Of a stretch of 60,600 bases of DNA, positions 28,834-37,034 are shown piece after piece. Location of the stretch: the IMG/VR virus record IMGVR_UViG_3300033402_000013, positions 1 to 60,600 of that record; one strand, given 5' to 3'. Both the position numbers and the translations under genes were made by a program. How positions within the stretch are numbered: position 1 is the stretch's first letter; each line of letters begins with the position of its first letter. This DNA comes from a virus. Lineage: Duplodnaviria; Caudoviricetes. The notes beneath the pieces are model-generated. The model had not been told where the DNA came from, searched no databases, and saw only the letters and a list, made by a program, of their open reading frames with translations.

Positions 28834-29321
28834 CGCCTGGCCTTCAGCAATTCGATTTCTTTTCCGAACGCCTCAGCCACTTCTTCCTTCGTAGCCTCGC
28901 CACCGATCTCAGCTTGAAGCGTCACGCACTCGACAGCAGCTGGCAGCTGTAGCTGGACGATCGTGTGCACTACCGATGGGTCATCTTGGTCCACGTAGAC
29001 GTCTTGCACCGAGATCTCAGCAACCTGATTGGACTCCTTGAGATGAGCCATCATCTTGCGGATCTCTTCGACGGTCAGATCCTCTTGCCGAAGCAGGTAT
29101 GCGGCGAGCTCGGATGCGCAGGTCTCGCAGGTTACTTCGGTGTAGTCATACGATCGTGTGATCCATCCGTAAATGGTCTTTCCGCAAACGCCACCGAAGT
29201 AATCTGAGCGAGATGTCTCATTATAAATCGTCGTTCGTATCGTTGGTTGAAACCAATGAACGAGGTGATCATCCTTCTGCCATTGATCCTTAGCGTGAAG
29301 GACTCTGATGAACGTCTTCAT
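28830..29321 (-). CDS. HCCC zinc-finger paralog with a sheath-C-terminus-like extension
   Basis: VHW...VCG...VTCETC..AAYLLR plus VDQDDPSVVHTIVQLQLPAAVECVTL. Confidence 0.6.
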   Translation of the reverse strand: MKTFIRVLHAKDQWQKDDHLVHWFQPTIRTTIYNETSRSDYFGGVCGKTIYGWITRSYDYTEVTCETCASELAAYLLRQEDLTVEEIRKMMAHLKESNQVAEISVQDVYVDQDDPSVVHTIVQLQLPAAVECVTLQAEIGGEATKEEVAEAFGKEIELLKARR

Positions 29322-29527
29322 GGCGAGAACCGGAGGATCTGCGCGGCGAGCGCCGTTTGACATTCAAGACACGTCACCTCAGTGATCGGCCTACGCGTTA
29401 GCACAAACTCGAGCAGCTCCTCGATCGACGGGCTGAGACCACAATACGTTCTCGATGAATGTGAGCTGAGCACGTGGTTCGTTCCGCCGAAGCCTGGAGA
29501 GCAGTAGATGTCGACGGTGCGGCTCAT
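29318..29527 (-). CDS. HCCC zinc-finger paralog
   Basis: NHV...TYCG...VTCLEC..AAQILR. Confidence 0.6.
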   Translation of the reverse strand: MSRTVDIYCSPGFGGTNHVLSSHSSRTYCGLSPSIEELLEFVLTRRPITEVTCLECQTALAAQILRFSP

Positions 29528-29724
29528 TCCGTCAGTAGGTAGGCTACCACGAAGAGGCGTTTGCACTCGTCGCAGGTCAGCGCCTCGGGCTCGCATCGAA
29601 TGAAGTTGATAGCAGTGATGCGACACGCGGTCCGAGCAACGCCGCCAGGATCTGCCACCGTAGTGCCGGGCGTAGTGATCCAATGCAGGTTGTGATCAGC
29701 GCTCATCGCGGCGTTGATGATCAT
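29524..29724 (-). CDS. HCCC zinc-finger paralog
   Basis: LHW...TACR...LTCDEC..VVAYLL. Confidence 0.6.
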   Translation of the reverse strand: MIINAAMSADHNLHWITTPGTTVADPGGVARTACRITAINFIRCEPEALTCDECKRLFVVAYLLTE

Positions 29725-29726
29725 GG

Positions 29727-29906
29727 CTAGTCCAGGATCGCACGCCCGTGCTTCTCTACGATCCAGCTCAGGGTGGCCGCTAGCAGGGTCGCACGTGCTG
29801 GTGTCACCAGCGGAGGTGTTACGTCGTTCGCAACAGCTCTGACGATCATCTCTGCGAGTAGCAGCGCATCCTCGCGATCGTTCTTACCTGGGTAGTTGTT
29901 GGCCAC
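29727..29906 (-). CDS. Hypothetical protein
   Basis: Short helical ORF filling the operon; GTG start approximate. Confidence 0.4.
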   Translation of the reverse strand: MANNYPGKNDREDALLLAEMIVRAVANDVTPPLVTPARATLLAATLSWIVEKHGRAILD

Positions 29907-29914
29907 GTCGCATC

Positions 29915-30196
29915 CTACTCGATCTGAGACTTGATGAGCTTCCTCGCTGCAAAAGCTACTAGGCATCCATCGCATGTCACCGCCTTGGTCATCTCCTCGA
30001 GCTCGATGGGTCTTCCCTTTATCCGTCTCGGTTTCCGACTCATCCCGCAGAGCGTCGTGATGGAGCGCGAGTCGTCAGGTAGCACGTGGACCTGTCCGTA
30101 GTATGACCCGATGTAGATCATTGCCGCGTCGAGGTTCTCATAATCGATTTGGTTGAGCGCTGCAATCTTCCAAGCCTTCATCACAGACTTGGTCAC
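29915..30196 (-). CDS. HCCC zinc-finger paralog
   Basis: VHV...TLCG...VTCDGC..AARKLI. Confidence 0.6.
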   Translation of the reverse strand: MTKSVMKAWKIAALNQIDYENLDAAMIYIGSYYGQVHVLPDDSRSITTLCGMSRKPRRIKGRPIELEEMTKAVTCDGCLVAFAARKLIKSQIE

Positions 30197-30489
30197 GGTA
30201 CGAACTCCGTTTTGATCAGTAGGGCCGCAGCGAGTGTGCTCTGACAGTCGGGGCAGGTCACGCGCTCGATTGGAATGAGCCAGCTGTAGCAGCCTTCGCT
30301 TGGCTGTCCGCAGTAGGCATGCTTCGCTCTCGTGGTCCAGGCACCGCCGCTCTTGTAGCCGATGATTGGTAGCCGATCTTCCTCATACTTCGGCCACGTG
30401 CCATCGATGGCATGGATCAGCGAGTCCGTCATGCCGGCAGGCTGTCGGTTGTCCCAGAGGCCGAGAACGATCTTAGGCTTTGATGCCAC
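30193..30489 (-). CDS. HCCC zinc-finger paralog
   Basis: IHA...AYCG...VTCPDC..AAALLI. Confidence 0.6.
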   Translation of the reverse strand: MASKPKIVLGLWDNRQPAGMTDSLIHAIDGTWPKYEEDRLPIIGYKSGGAWTTRAKHAYCGQPSEGCYSWLIPIERVTCPDCQSTLAAALLIKTEFVP

Positions 30490-30709
30490 GCTTTCGCACC
30501 GTAGCTTGCCTGGTCTTGGTCCGCACAGGGATCACACGGTAGTGAGATGACACGGTGTACGAAGCTACGTCGTACTCCTTCACCTTGATGCGCTTGACCT
30601 GGATCTCGCCCGAGGCGATGCCCTCCAGGATCGTCAGCCGCTTGCGCAGCTGGTCGATGTGCTCGCCGATCAGTTTCTTGATGGCCTTATCGAGCTCGGC
30701 ATCACTCAT
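30473..30709 (-). CDS. Hypothetical protein
   Basis: Coupled 78 aa basic ORF. Confidence 0.5.
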   Translation of the reverse strand: MSDAELDKAIKKLIGEHIDQLRKRLTILEGIASGEIQVKRIKVKEYDVASYTVSSHYRVIPVRTKTRQATVRKRGIKA

Positions 30710-31017
30710 ACGTCACCGAGCTGAGCCAGCAGCGCATCGACCTTGCGCCGCACGATGAGGTCGGTCGCGGAGCGCAGGGTCTCGGTGATGGTCGCCGTCA
30801 TCGAGGCCAGCATCTCGTGCACGATCTTGTCGACGTCGTCATGTTGCGGACGTCGGACAATCTTGGAGGCCACGACACCACGACGGTGTCCGCTCACGGC
30901 GTGCTCGACGGTCGACTTGCTCACGCCATACTTGGCAACGCACTGGTCGGTGGTGAGGCCTTGCTGTTTCGATTTCACGATTGCTCGCATCGTCCTGGGA
31001 TTGATTCTTTTCGCCAT
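30706..31017 (-). CDS. Helix-turn-helix DNA-binding protein
   Basis: GLTTDQCVAKYGVSKSTVEHAV. Confidence 0.6.
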   Translation of the reverse strand: MAKRINPRTMRAIVKSKQQGLTTDQCVAKYGVSKSTVEHAVSGHRRGVVASKIVRRPQHDDVDKIVHEMLASMTATITETLRSATDLIVRRKVDALLAQLGDV

Positions 31018-31090
31018 GCACTCGGACTTCCTGATCCTCTGCACAGGTTCCGACTCGACTTCGAAAGCACAAACGCGCTAGGCTGCAACC

Positions 31091-31438
31091 ATGACCCCGA
31101 AGCAGATCAAGGACCTCGTAGACCAGCGCAGCGGTGGTACGCGTCGCGCTACCACAGCGAGCGGTGGCCCGCCGAAGGTCGGCAACGTTGCCATGGCGCA
31201 GCCCCTCTCTACGCGCAACGCCATCGCTCAGTTCTCAGATGCAATCGAGGCCTACGAAGCAACGCGAGACTACGATCCAGAGGAAGAGGGCAACCCACCG
31301 CCGTGGGCCGAGGATGGGGAGCTTTGGGACATGGCAAAGAACGCGGTGCAGGCGGAGAATCCCGAGTACAAGGAGACGCACGCAGCGGCCACGTACCTGT
31401 ACAAGCGCATGGGTGGCAAGATTAACCGCGACGCGTGA
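31091..31438 (+). CDS. Hypothetical protein (lone plus-strand gene)
   Basis: 115 aa with good codon usage; TAGGCT 6 nt upstream of ATG; PPW..D..LW..AK...YLYKRMGG. Confidence 0.65.
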   Translation: MTPKQIKDLVDQRSGGTRRATTASGGPPKVGNVAMAQPLSTRNAIAQFSDAIEAYEATRDYDPEEEGNPPPWAEDGELWDMAKNAVQAENPEYKETHAAATYLYKRMGGKINRDA

Positions 31439-31784
31439 TCGGCTTGCCTCGCTGGTTCGGTGTGTAATCCCAGAGCATGCCTCGACTGTCCATCACCTTC
31501 GCCACGCGCTCGCCGGCAGCCATCTGTAAGATCTTCACTTCCTCGACGCCGGCATCGTGGATGAGAGCTTGAGCTGCGGCTGATTCCACGGTCGTGAACA
31601 TCATCGCAGCGCCGAGTGTGTTGCACCACGTCGGCTCGAGCGCAGTCACCAGATCGTTGAGCGTCCCGTCCATGCGATCAGGCGAGAGCCACTTGATGTG
31701 AGTTGTGCCTGCACCAAAGCCAGCAGGTGTGTCTGCTAGCGTGAGGTACGTGAACCGCTTGCGGACTACCCAGCGGATCGTCAT
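31422..31784 (-). CDS. Small protein, W...A..F..L.DA family
   Basis: WCNTLGAAMMFTTVESAAAQALIHDAGVEEV. Confidence 0.5.
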   Translation of the reverse strand: MTIRWVVRKRFTYLTLADTPAGFGAGTTHIKWLSPDRMDGTLNDLVTALEPTWCNTLGAAMMFTTVESAAAQALIHDAGVEEVKILQMAAGERVAKVMDSRGMLWDYTPNQRGKPITRRG

Positions 31785-31906
31785 CGTCGTAGTTGATGAA
31801 ACGTGTAGCCAATCCCGAGAAGGCGAACGTACGAGCGTTTGTAGCCGGACTTCTTCTCGCGGTAGTGATCGCCAACATGCCCGCGTTCGAGCTCACAGAA
31901 GAACAT
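31781..31906 (-). CDS. Small hypothetical protein with C..E.GH.GDH motif
   Basis: CELERGHVGDH; start uncertain. Confidence 0.3.
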   Translation of the reverse strand: MFFCELERGHVGDHYREKKSGYKRSYVRLLGIGYTFHQLRR

Positions 31907-32195
31907 TCGCCCCTCCGAGTCGAACTCCCGTACTAGGCACTTCGCGCGCCGCTTCGATGCCCGCTTGGTAGCCACTGTGGAAGGCCTCCATCCGCGTGAT
32001 GAGCACAGCCGCATCGAGCTTGGTCGCCACACCGAGCTTGAGCAGGATCACGTTCACGTGAAACTTCACGGTGTGCGCGCTCAGATGCAGTCGATCGGCC
32101 ATGAGCTTGTAAGACAGGCCTTCGACGACGAGATCGAGCACCTGTCGCTCGCGCGGTGAGAGCGGCGTGCCCTTCTTTGGTTTGCTCCAGCTCAT
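31893..32195 (-). CDS. LuxR/NarL-type HTH transcription regulator (DNA-binding domain only)
   Basis: LSPRERQVLDLVVEGLSYKLMADRLHLSAHTVKFHVNVILLKLGV. Confidence 0.9.
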   Translation of the reverse strand: MSWSKPKKGTPLSPRERQVLDLVVEGLSYKLMADRLHLSAHTVKFHVNVILLKLGVATKLDAAVLITRMEAFHSGYQAGIEAAREVPSTGVRLGGANVLL

Positions 32196-32500
32196 GGGAT
32201 CCCCATCTGTTCGCCGTCAACGTCTAGCAAGCGCATCGCGATGTATCTCGAGGTGCAGGATGAGCAGGTGATCCGCTTGAGTATGGCCTCGAAGCGCTTG
32301 CCCTCGAGGATCTGCCAGTAGTCGTTCCCTACGAAGAGAACGTGAGCACGAAGGACCTGCATGCGCGTCGCATCCTTCCCGCACATCGTGTACGCCGAGG
32401 CGACTGGCTTGCACCACAGATGAATGGCCGTGCCTCGTCGTGCTCGCACGACAGATCCGGGAAACACGCTGCGTAGCACTTCATGCGGATCGATGCTCAT
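32192..32500 (-). CDS. HCCC zinc-finger paralog
   Basis: IHLW...TMCG...ITCSSC..IAMRLL. Confidence 0.55.
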   Translation of the reverse strand: MSIDPHEVLRSVFPGSVVRARRGTAIHLWCKPVASAYTMCGKDATRMQVLRAHVLFVGNDYWQILEGKRFEAILKRITCSSCTSRYIAMRLLDVDGEQMGIP

Positions 32501-32970
32501 ACGGTAGCCATGAGGGATTGGTAGTCGAACCTGTTACGATACTCGAGGCAGTCCTTGATTGAAACAGCTGGACCTGCGAAGCCAAGGATCTCGGGACCTG
32601 AGCCTGTGTCCCATTTCTCGATCGCGTACTGCGGGACGAGCTCGATGTTGAGCACGAAGTCCTTGCCAAAGTCGTTGATCGACCAAAAGCCGGATCTGCG
32701 CTTGGCCGAGTCGTTGTTCGCTTCTTCCTTCACGAAGCCCCACCACATCAGCTTTGAGACCTCGCCACGGCCAGCAGAGGTGTCGAACATCGAGACGTGG
32801 AACGGAGCCTTGTGCGGCATACGCTTGGTCATCATGTAGAGCTCCACCAGCGTGCGCGCGAGCCCGGTCGAAAGGCATCGGTTGTAGTGCTTGAGGAAGC
32901 GCCCGCACTCACCACAGCGATGGCCTCGATCATGGGTCACAGTTCCCCATGGCAGGCCGTTGAACATCAT
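32497..32970 (-). CDS. Hypothetical protein with CxxC and winged-helix-like segment
   Basis: CGECG..Y.R; SKLMWWGFV...SGFWSINDFG. Confidence 0.6.
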   Translation of the reverse strand: MMFNGLPWGTVTHDRGHRCGECGRFLKHYNRCLSTGLARTLVELYMMTKRMPHKAPFHVSMFDTSAGRGEVSKLMWWGFVKEEANNDSAKRRSGFWSINDFGKDFVLNIELVPQYAIEKWDTGSGPEILGFAGPAVSIKDCLEYRNRFDYQSLMATV

Positions 32971-33212
32971 CGCTTCACATCAGGCGGCAATGATCCGCAC
33001 CATGCTTGGTGCAGCTGGTTCACCAGCACCTGTCCGAAGAGGCCTCGGATGGACTCCACGCTGAGGTTGTCCACAGGAGGCAGAGTGCAGGTCGCTAAGG
33101 TCTTGCCCGATCGCGCATAGGCCGTCACATGCACCGAGCCGGGTGCGGACCGCACGAAGATCTTCACGTGGTCCAGGAATTCACCGAATGTCGAGTTTGC
33201 TCTGGGAGGCAT
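32967..33212 (-). CDS. Hypothetical protein
   Basis: ATG at 33212 after GAGGA. Confidence 0.45.
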   Translation of the reverse strand: MPPRANSTFGEFLDHVKIFVRSAPGSVHVTAYARSGKTLATCTLPPVDNLSVESIRGLFGQVLVNQLHQAWCGSLPPDVKR

Positions 33213-33214
33213 GA

Positions 33215-33814
33215 TCAGTCCTCGTCGTCTTTGTGCAGGAAGAGAAGCTTCGCAGCTACCCACGAGTCGAGCTCGTGCTCGCGCACGAAGAAGTAGTTGT
33301 CCAGGAAGAAAGCTCTTGTGCGTATGTGCGAGCCCGATCGCGAGCCGATGACGCCTAGGAGCTCCAGCTCGTTGATGATCCAGCGATGCCAGTCCTGCTC
33401 TGCGCGCCAGTGGTTCTCCACCGAGTGCAGGGTGTATCGATAGTCACCACGCTCGTAGATCTGGCTCATCCGAGCAGGCACACGTTCGGCAAGCAGCAGG
33501 GACCTGCGGAGGTCTCGAGCTAGGTGCGCCATGATGTGCGCGAGGAGCTCGAACGCGAAGTCACGCCGAGTGTAGCCTTCTCGATAGGCCTTCTCGATGT
33601 AGCGATCATTCTGACGAAGACGGTCCCACCACTCGCGCACCGCTGTCTCGATGTACCTGATGTCCATCTTCTCAGTGGCGATCAGAGCATGCTGTTGGAG
33701 CTCGTTGTCAGTGCAGGCCTTCGGCGAGGCCACAACGCAGAGATCATCGAGCTTGTACTCGGGCTCGCGTTCAAAGCTCGGCATCCCGAAGTCAGGATTA
33801 GGCCAGCGCGCCAC
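33215..33814 (-). CDS. Hypothetical protein
   Basis: 199 aa, ends VAAKLLFLHKDDED. Confidence 0.55.
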   Translation of the reverse strand: MARWPNPDFGMPSFEREPEYKLDDLCVVASPKACTDNELQQHALIATEKMDIRYIETAVREWWDRLRQNDRYIEKAYREGYTRRDFAFELLAHIMAHLARDLRRSLLLAERVPARMSQIYERGDYRYTLHSVENHWRAEQDWHRWIINELELLGVIGSRSGSHIRTRAFFLDNYFFVREHELDSWVAAKLLFLHKDDED

Positions 33815-33846
33815 GTCAAAGGTCTTGCCGATTCGGATCGAAGTTC

Positions 33847-34116
33847 CTACGCCTTTGCCTCAGCGTAGCCGAATAGCTCGCCCTCCATTTGAGCGTTACA
33901 GCAGATCGATCGGCCAGTGAGGGACCCATCGCCCGGCTCGGTCTTTTTGAACGAGATCCCAGGAGGTGGGTTGCCGTAGTGGCCTCCGGTCATCATGCAG
34001 AGGAAGAAGTCCGCATCGACCTTCGTGTAGTAGTCGACGAAGTGCATCTGCTGCTCGTTCTTGCAAGCGGAGCAGCGGATGATGACTCCGTGAGGGGGCA
34101 GCTCTTTGTCAGGCAT
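33847..34116 (-). CDS. Hypothetical Zn-ribbon protein
   Basis: CSAC...ICC. Confidence 0.5.
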   Translation of the reverse strand: MPDKELPPHGVIIRCSACKNEQQMHFVDYYTKVDADFFLCMMTGGHYGNPPPGISFKKTEPGDGSLTGRSICCNAQMEGELFGYAEAKA

Positions 34117-34396
34117 TGGGTTGCTTCACGAGGCTGAGGCCGTTGACGACGATGGCAAGGATCTGTTGGTGCATTGCGAGCGCGAGACCCTTGCCCGAGG
34201 ACTCAATCATGCCAGGCAAGGCGTAGATCGCATCGGCGTAGCGGTCGCCGTTGATCTCCATGCTGTAGGTCAAGAGCTGAACACCTTCGCCCTTATCAGG
34301 AGCTGGAACCATCGTGAGAGACACGTTGGAGGCACCGATTCGCTCGGCTAGTTTACTGACATGCTGCCAGCAGGTTTGGTCGTAGGTCTCAGGCAT
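34109..34396 (-). CDS. Hypothetical protein
   Basis: Coupled 95 aa ORF. Confidence 0.45.
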   Translation of the reverse strand: MPETYDQTCWQHVSKLAERIGASNVSLTMVPAPDKGEGVQLLTYSMEINGDRYADAIYALPGMIESSGKGLALAMHQQILAIVVNGLSLVKQPNA

Positions 34397-34655
34397 CGAG
34401 TGGCTCGTAGGTAGCCTCGAAGATGTCAGGCTTGCAAGGGTAGAACTCGCCTTTGATGCCCTTGACGATCCAGTCGCCAACGCGCGCGAGCATCTGGCCT
34501 TCGAGCGTCGGGATGACGAGGCAAGGCTCGTGGCCAGGAGGGTCGGCCTTCACCATCACGAGGAAGTCTTCGCCCACGAAGGCGTAGAACTCGGGGACCA
34601 AGTTGCCGTCCCAGCGATAGGCCTCGACGATGACGGGTTTCTTGCGGAAGTGCAT
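34389..34655 (-). CDS. Conserved phage protein (KKPV..EA / TLEG / GEFYPCKPDIF family)
   Basis: FRKKPVIVEAYRW...IPTLEG...GDWIVKG..GEFYPCKPDIFEATYE. Confidence 0.85.
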   Translation of the reverse strand: MHFRKKPVIVEAYRWDGNLVPEFYAFVGEDFLVMVKADPPGHEPCLVIPTLEGQMLARVGDWIVKGIKGEFYPCKPDIFEATYEPLDA

Positions 34656-34658
34656 GGC

Positions 34659-35408
34659 CTAAGCCTTCTTTTCGTTAGGGTCTTTTCCGAGACCACCGTC
34701 GAGAACAATGAGGCCTCGGTCGTAGGCTCGCTTGAGGACGTCGTCCTGATAGCCAGCCATCTTGACGAGCTCTTGCAGAGGCATCGTGTCGAGGTCCGTC
34801 GTTACGCCGATGATCTGGCTGGGCTCGCCGAGGTAGAGGCGTTCCATCTCCATCGCGATCTGACCCGCCTGGGAGAGCTCGCGCAGCGTGCTCGAGTAGC
34901 GACGCATGACGAAGGATAAGTTCGCAACATCTTTAGCTGTTAGAGACCCTTGGTCCTCAGCGATCGCAGCGAGCGCAGTCCCTAGCTTCTGCATAGCCCG
35001 CTGGAGCGAAGGAGCTATCTCGATGGCAGCCGAGAGGCCCATGATCGATCCGGCGCGAGCAGCTGCGATGAGCCTGCCCTCTTGCTCCTTCGAACGGATT
35101 GCATGTTGGCGAGATGCTTCGCGATCCCGTTCGAGCTCGAGGGCGATTTGGTCTTCCTCGAGCTCCTCTTTGTCGGCCTCGAGTTGCAGCCTCGATCGAG
35201 CGAGCTCGGCTTCGCTAGCTAGCAAGTCCTTGATAGGCTTCAGACCCCACGGACGATCAGGGTAGCCTAGCTCCCAAGCGCGGCGCGCGGTCCGCCGTTG
35301 GACGACGGCATGGCGGGCTGCGTTAGAGTGGTTGCCTGGGTCTTCGCGGTAGGCCTCCAAGAGCTTGTCCCAGACGTCCTGAGTCACCCGGTTGACTGTC
35401 GTGCTCAT
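34659..35408 (-). CDS. Putative terminase small subunit (HTH plus coiled coil)
   Basis: N-terminal HTH (GNHSNAARHAVVQRRTARRAW), long helices, ERLYLGEP and DLDTMPLQEL tail typical of TerS-like proteins. Confidence 0.5.
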   Translation of the reverse strand: MSTTVNRVTQDVWDKLLEAYREDPGNHSNAARHAVVQRRTARRAWELGYPDRPWGLKPIKDLLASEAELARSRLQLEADKEELEEDQIALELERDREASRQHAIRSKEQEGRLIAAARAGSIMGLSAAIEIAPSLQRAMQKLGTALAAIAEDQGSLTAKDVANLSFVMRRYSSTLRELSQAGQIAMEMERLYLGEPSQIIGVTTDLDTMPLQELVKMAGYQDDVLKRAYDRGLIVLDGGLGKDPNEKKA

Positions 35409-35496
35409 CTGTGTGCAGTACCGTGCCACGACTGAGCACAAGCGGGCAAGTCGGAAACTACCCAAGGGTCAGGAAGGCACCAGCTGAGAGCCCCTC

Positions 35497-35766
35497 ATGG
35501 CCATTTTAGAGGACCCCGCGCAGCTGCTTGCGCACATGGAGAGCGCGGTCAAAGACGCTGGCATGAAGCTCGTGATCGTCTATGAGAAGGGTTCTGGGTT
35601 CCTAAACAGCATCGATCATAAGGAAGGGTGGTTCGATTGCAGGATCATCCCAACGCCACAGAGCAGCAGCTACATCCGAGGACGTGGGTACACCATGCGA
35701 GCTGCCATTGAGGACGCACTGACTGAGCTCGCTCGGGACCTCATCAGGAGAGCAGGCAACCAATGA
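35497..35766 (+). CDS. Hypothetical protein
   Basis: First gene of a coupled five-gene plus-strand unit. Confidence 0.55.
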   Translation: MAILEDPAQLLAHMESAVKDAGMKLVIVYEKGSGFLNSIDHKEGWFDCRIIPTPQSSSYIRGRGYTMRAAIEDALTELARDLIRRAGNQ

Positions 35767-36305
35767 AGGACGCACGCGGCAACATCCTGCCGGACTTCAT
35801 CGAGTACATCCGCGAGTGGTCTATCGAGGACCCTAGCCGCTACGAGCGCATATCTGGCAAGAAGCTAACTCGCGAGGTCCCTGTTCGAGATCCACCGAGC
35901 GGTGATTGGGTCCCAAAGCCGGAGCTGGTCGAGACGGTCATGGTCTGCGTGCTCGTGATCCCGAACAAAGAGCTAAGCCGGCACACGAACATGATCGGCC
36001 GAGCTCCTCATCTCGACAGCCATGCGGACTACCTCATGCGCATGCAGACCTATGGCGTGCAGTACGCGCAGGAGCGAGATGAGCTCCTCATCATGCAAGT
36101 ACACCTGAAGCAGCTCGAGGCCTTGGTCAGGAAGTACGCAGCAGATGCGGGGGACAGCGATCGAGTGGAGGACATCATCGAGATGCTTCGCCGGACCTAC
36201 CCAGTCGAGCTCGATTACGTCAAGCAGCTACGCAAGGCCATCGATGAAGAGAAGGCCTCGATCGCTGCGAAGATCCTCGCTGCCATTCCTGATGATGAGG
36301 ACTGA
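35763..36305 (+). CDS. Hypothetical protein
   Basis: ATGA coupling; ends IAAKILAAIPDDED. Confidence 0.6.
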   Translation: MKDARGNILPDFIEYIREWSIEDPSRYERISGKKLTREVPVRDPPSGDWVPKPELVETVMVCVLVIPNKELSRHTNMIGRAPHLDSHADYLMRMQTYGVQYAQERDELLIMQVHLKQLEALVRKYAADAGDSDRVEDIIEMLRRTYPVELDYVKQLRKAIDEEKASIAAKILAAIPDDED

Positions 36306-36493
36306 TGTGGATCGTCTGCAAGGTGCAGGACGCGATACCAGCCTACAAGAGCGTGACGGTCTACTTCTCAACGCTCTGTGCGGTTGAATTCAGGTTCACA
36401 AACATGAGGGACCTCGCGCATGAGTTCGAGAGGCTCGAGGACGCAGTCGCGATCGCCCTCATCTATGAGGCCAACGTGAAAGAGGTCCATTGA
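36305..36493 (+). CDS. Small protein, W...A..F..L.DA family
   Basis: AHEFERLEDAVAIALIYEANVKEV. Confidence 0.55.
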   Translation: MWIVCKVQDAIPAYKSVTVYFSTLCAVEFRFTNMRDLAHEFERLEDAVAIALIYEANVKEVH

Positions 36494-36804
36494 GCTGGAA
36501 GGTCCTCAGTCGTGATCTAGTTTGGATCGAGGATACAGAGTCGGATTACGTCCACTTTCAGCGCGAGGCCACCGAAGACGATGAGCAGTTCGATGAAGAC
36601 GACAAGCCACTCGTACAGCTCGGCGACATGATCTGGGATGTGATTGAACCAGCTAAGCGCCTGCACTGGTGCGTGGTCATCGAAGCCGTGATCGGTGAGT
36701 GGGCAGGCACGGTCTATGGCTATGGGCAGACTGATGTCGATGCCGAGCTCGATGCCATCGCGAAAGCAGCTGCGCATGCTCTACGCAGCTCGAAGGTCGA
36801 CTAA
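36490..36804 (+). CDS. Hypothetical acidic protein
   Basis: Coupled 104 aa ORF. Confidence 0.55.
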   Translation: MSWKVLSRDLVWIEDTESDYVHFQREATEDDEQFDEDDKPLVQLGDMIWDVIEPAKRLHWCVVIEAVIGEWAGTVYGYGQTDVDAELDAIAKAAAHALRSSKVD

Positions 36805-37034
36805 TGGTCCAGCGCTGGATCCTCTATACGTTTGATCCAGTTAGGTACTTTTACTCGACCCCAGACGGACCACAGATGGAACCCAAGCCAGATCGTGTCT
36901 ATTGGGATGGACAGCGTTGGACGTACCAACGCAAGCACGCGCACGAGTTCAAGAGGCTCGAGGATGCATGCGCCACCGCGTTGGTCCACGGTGGCAGCGT
37001 CTGCGAGACGCTAGTGGCCCACGATCCTATCTGA
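36804..37034 (+). CDS. Small protein, W...A..F..L.DA family
   Basis: WTYQRKHAHEFKRLEDACATALVHGGSVCE. Confidence 0.55.
   Translation: MVQRWILYTFDPVRYFYSTPDGPQMEPKPDRVYWDGQRWTYQRKHAHEFKRLEDACATALVHGGSVCETLVAHDPI

Noticed and set aside
27079-32500. Diversity-generating retroelement behind the zinc-finger array
   Set aside because: No reverse transcriptase or near-identical TR/VR pair seen; the paralogs differ by indels and deep divergence
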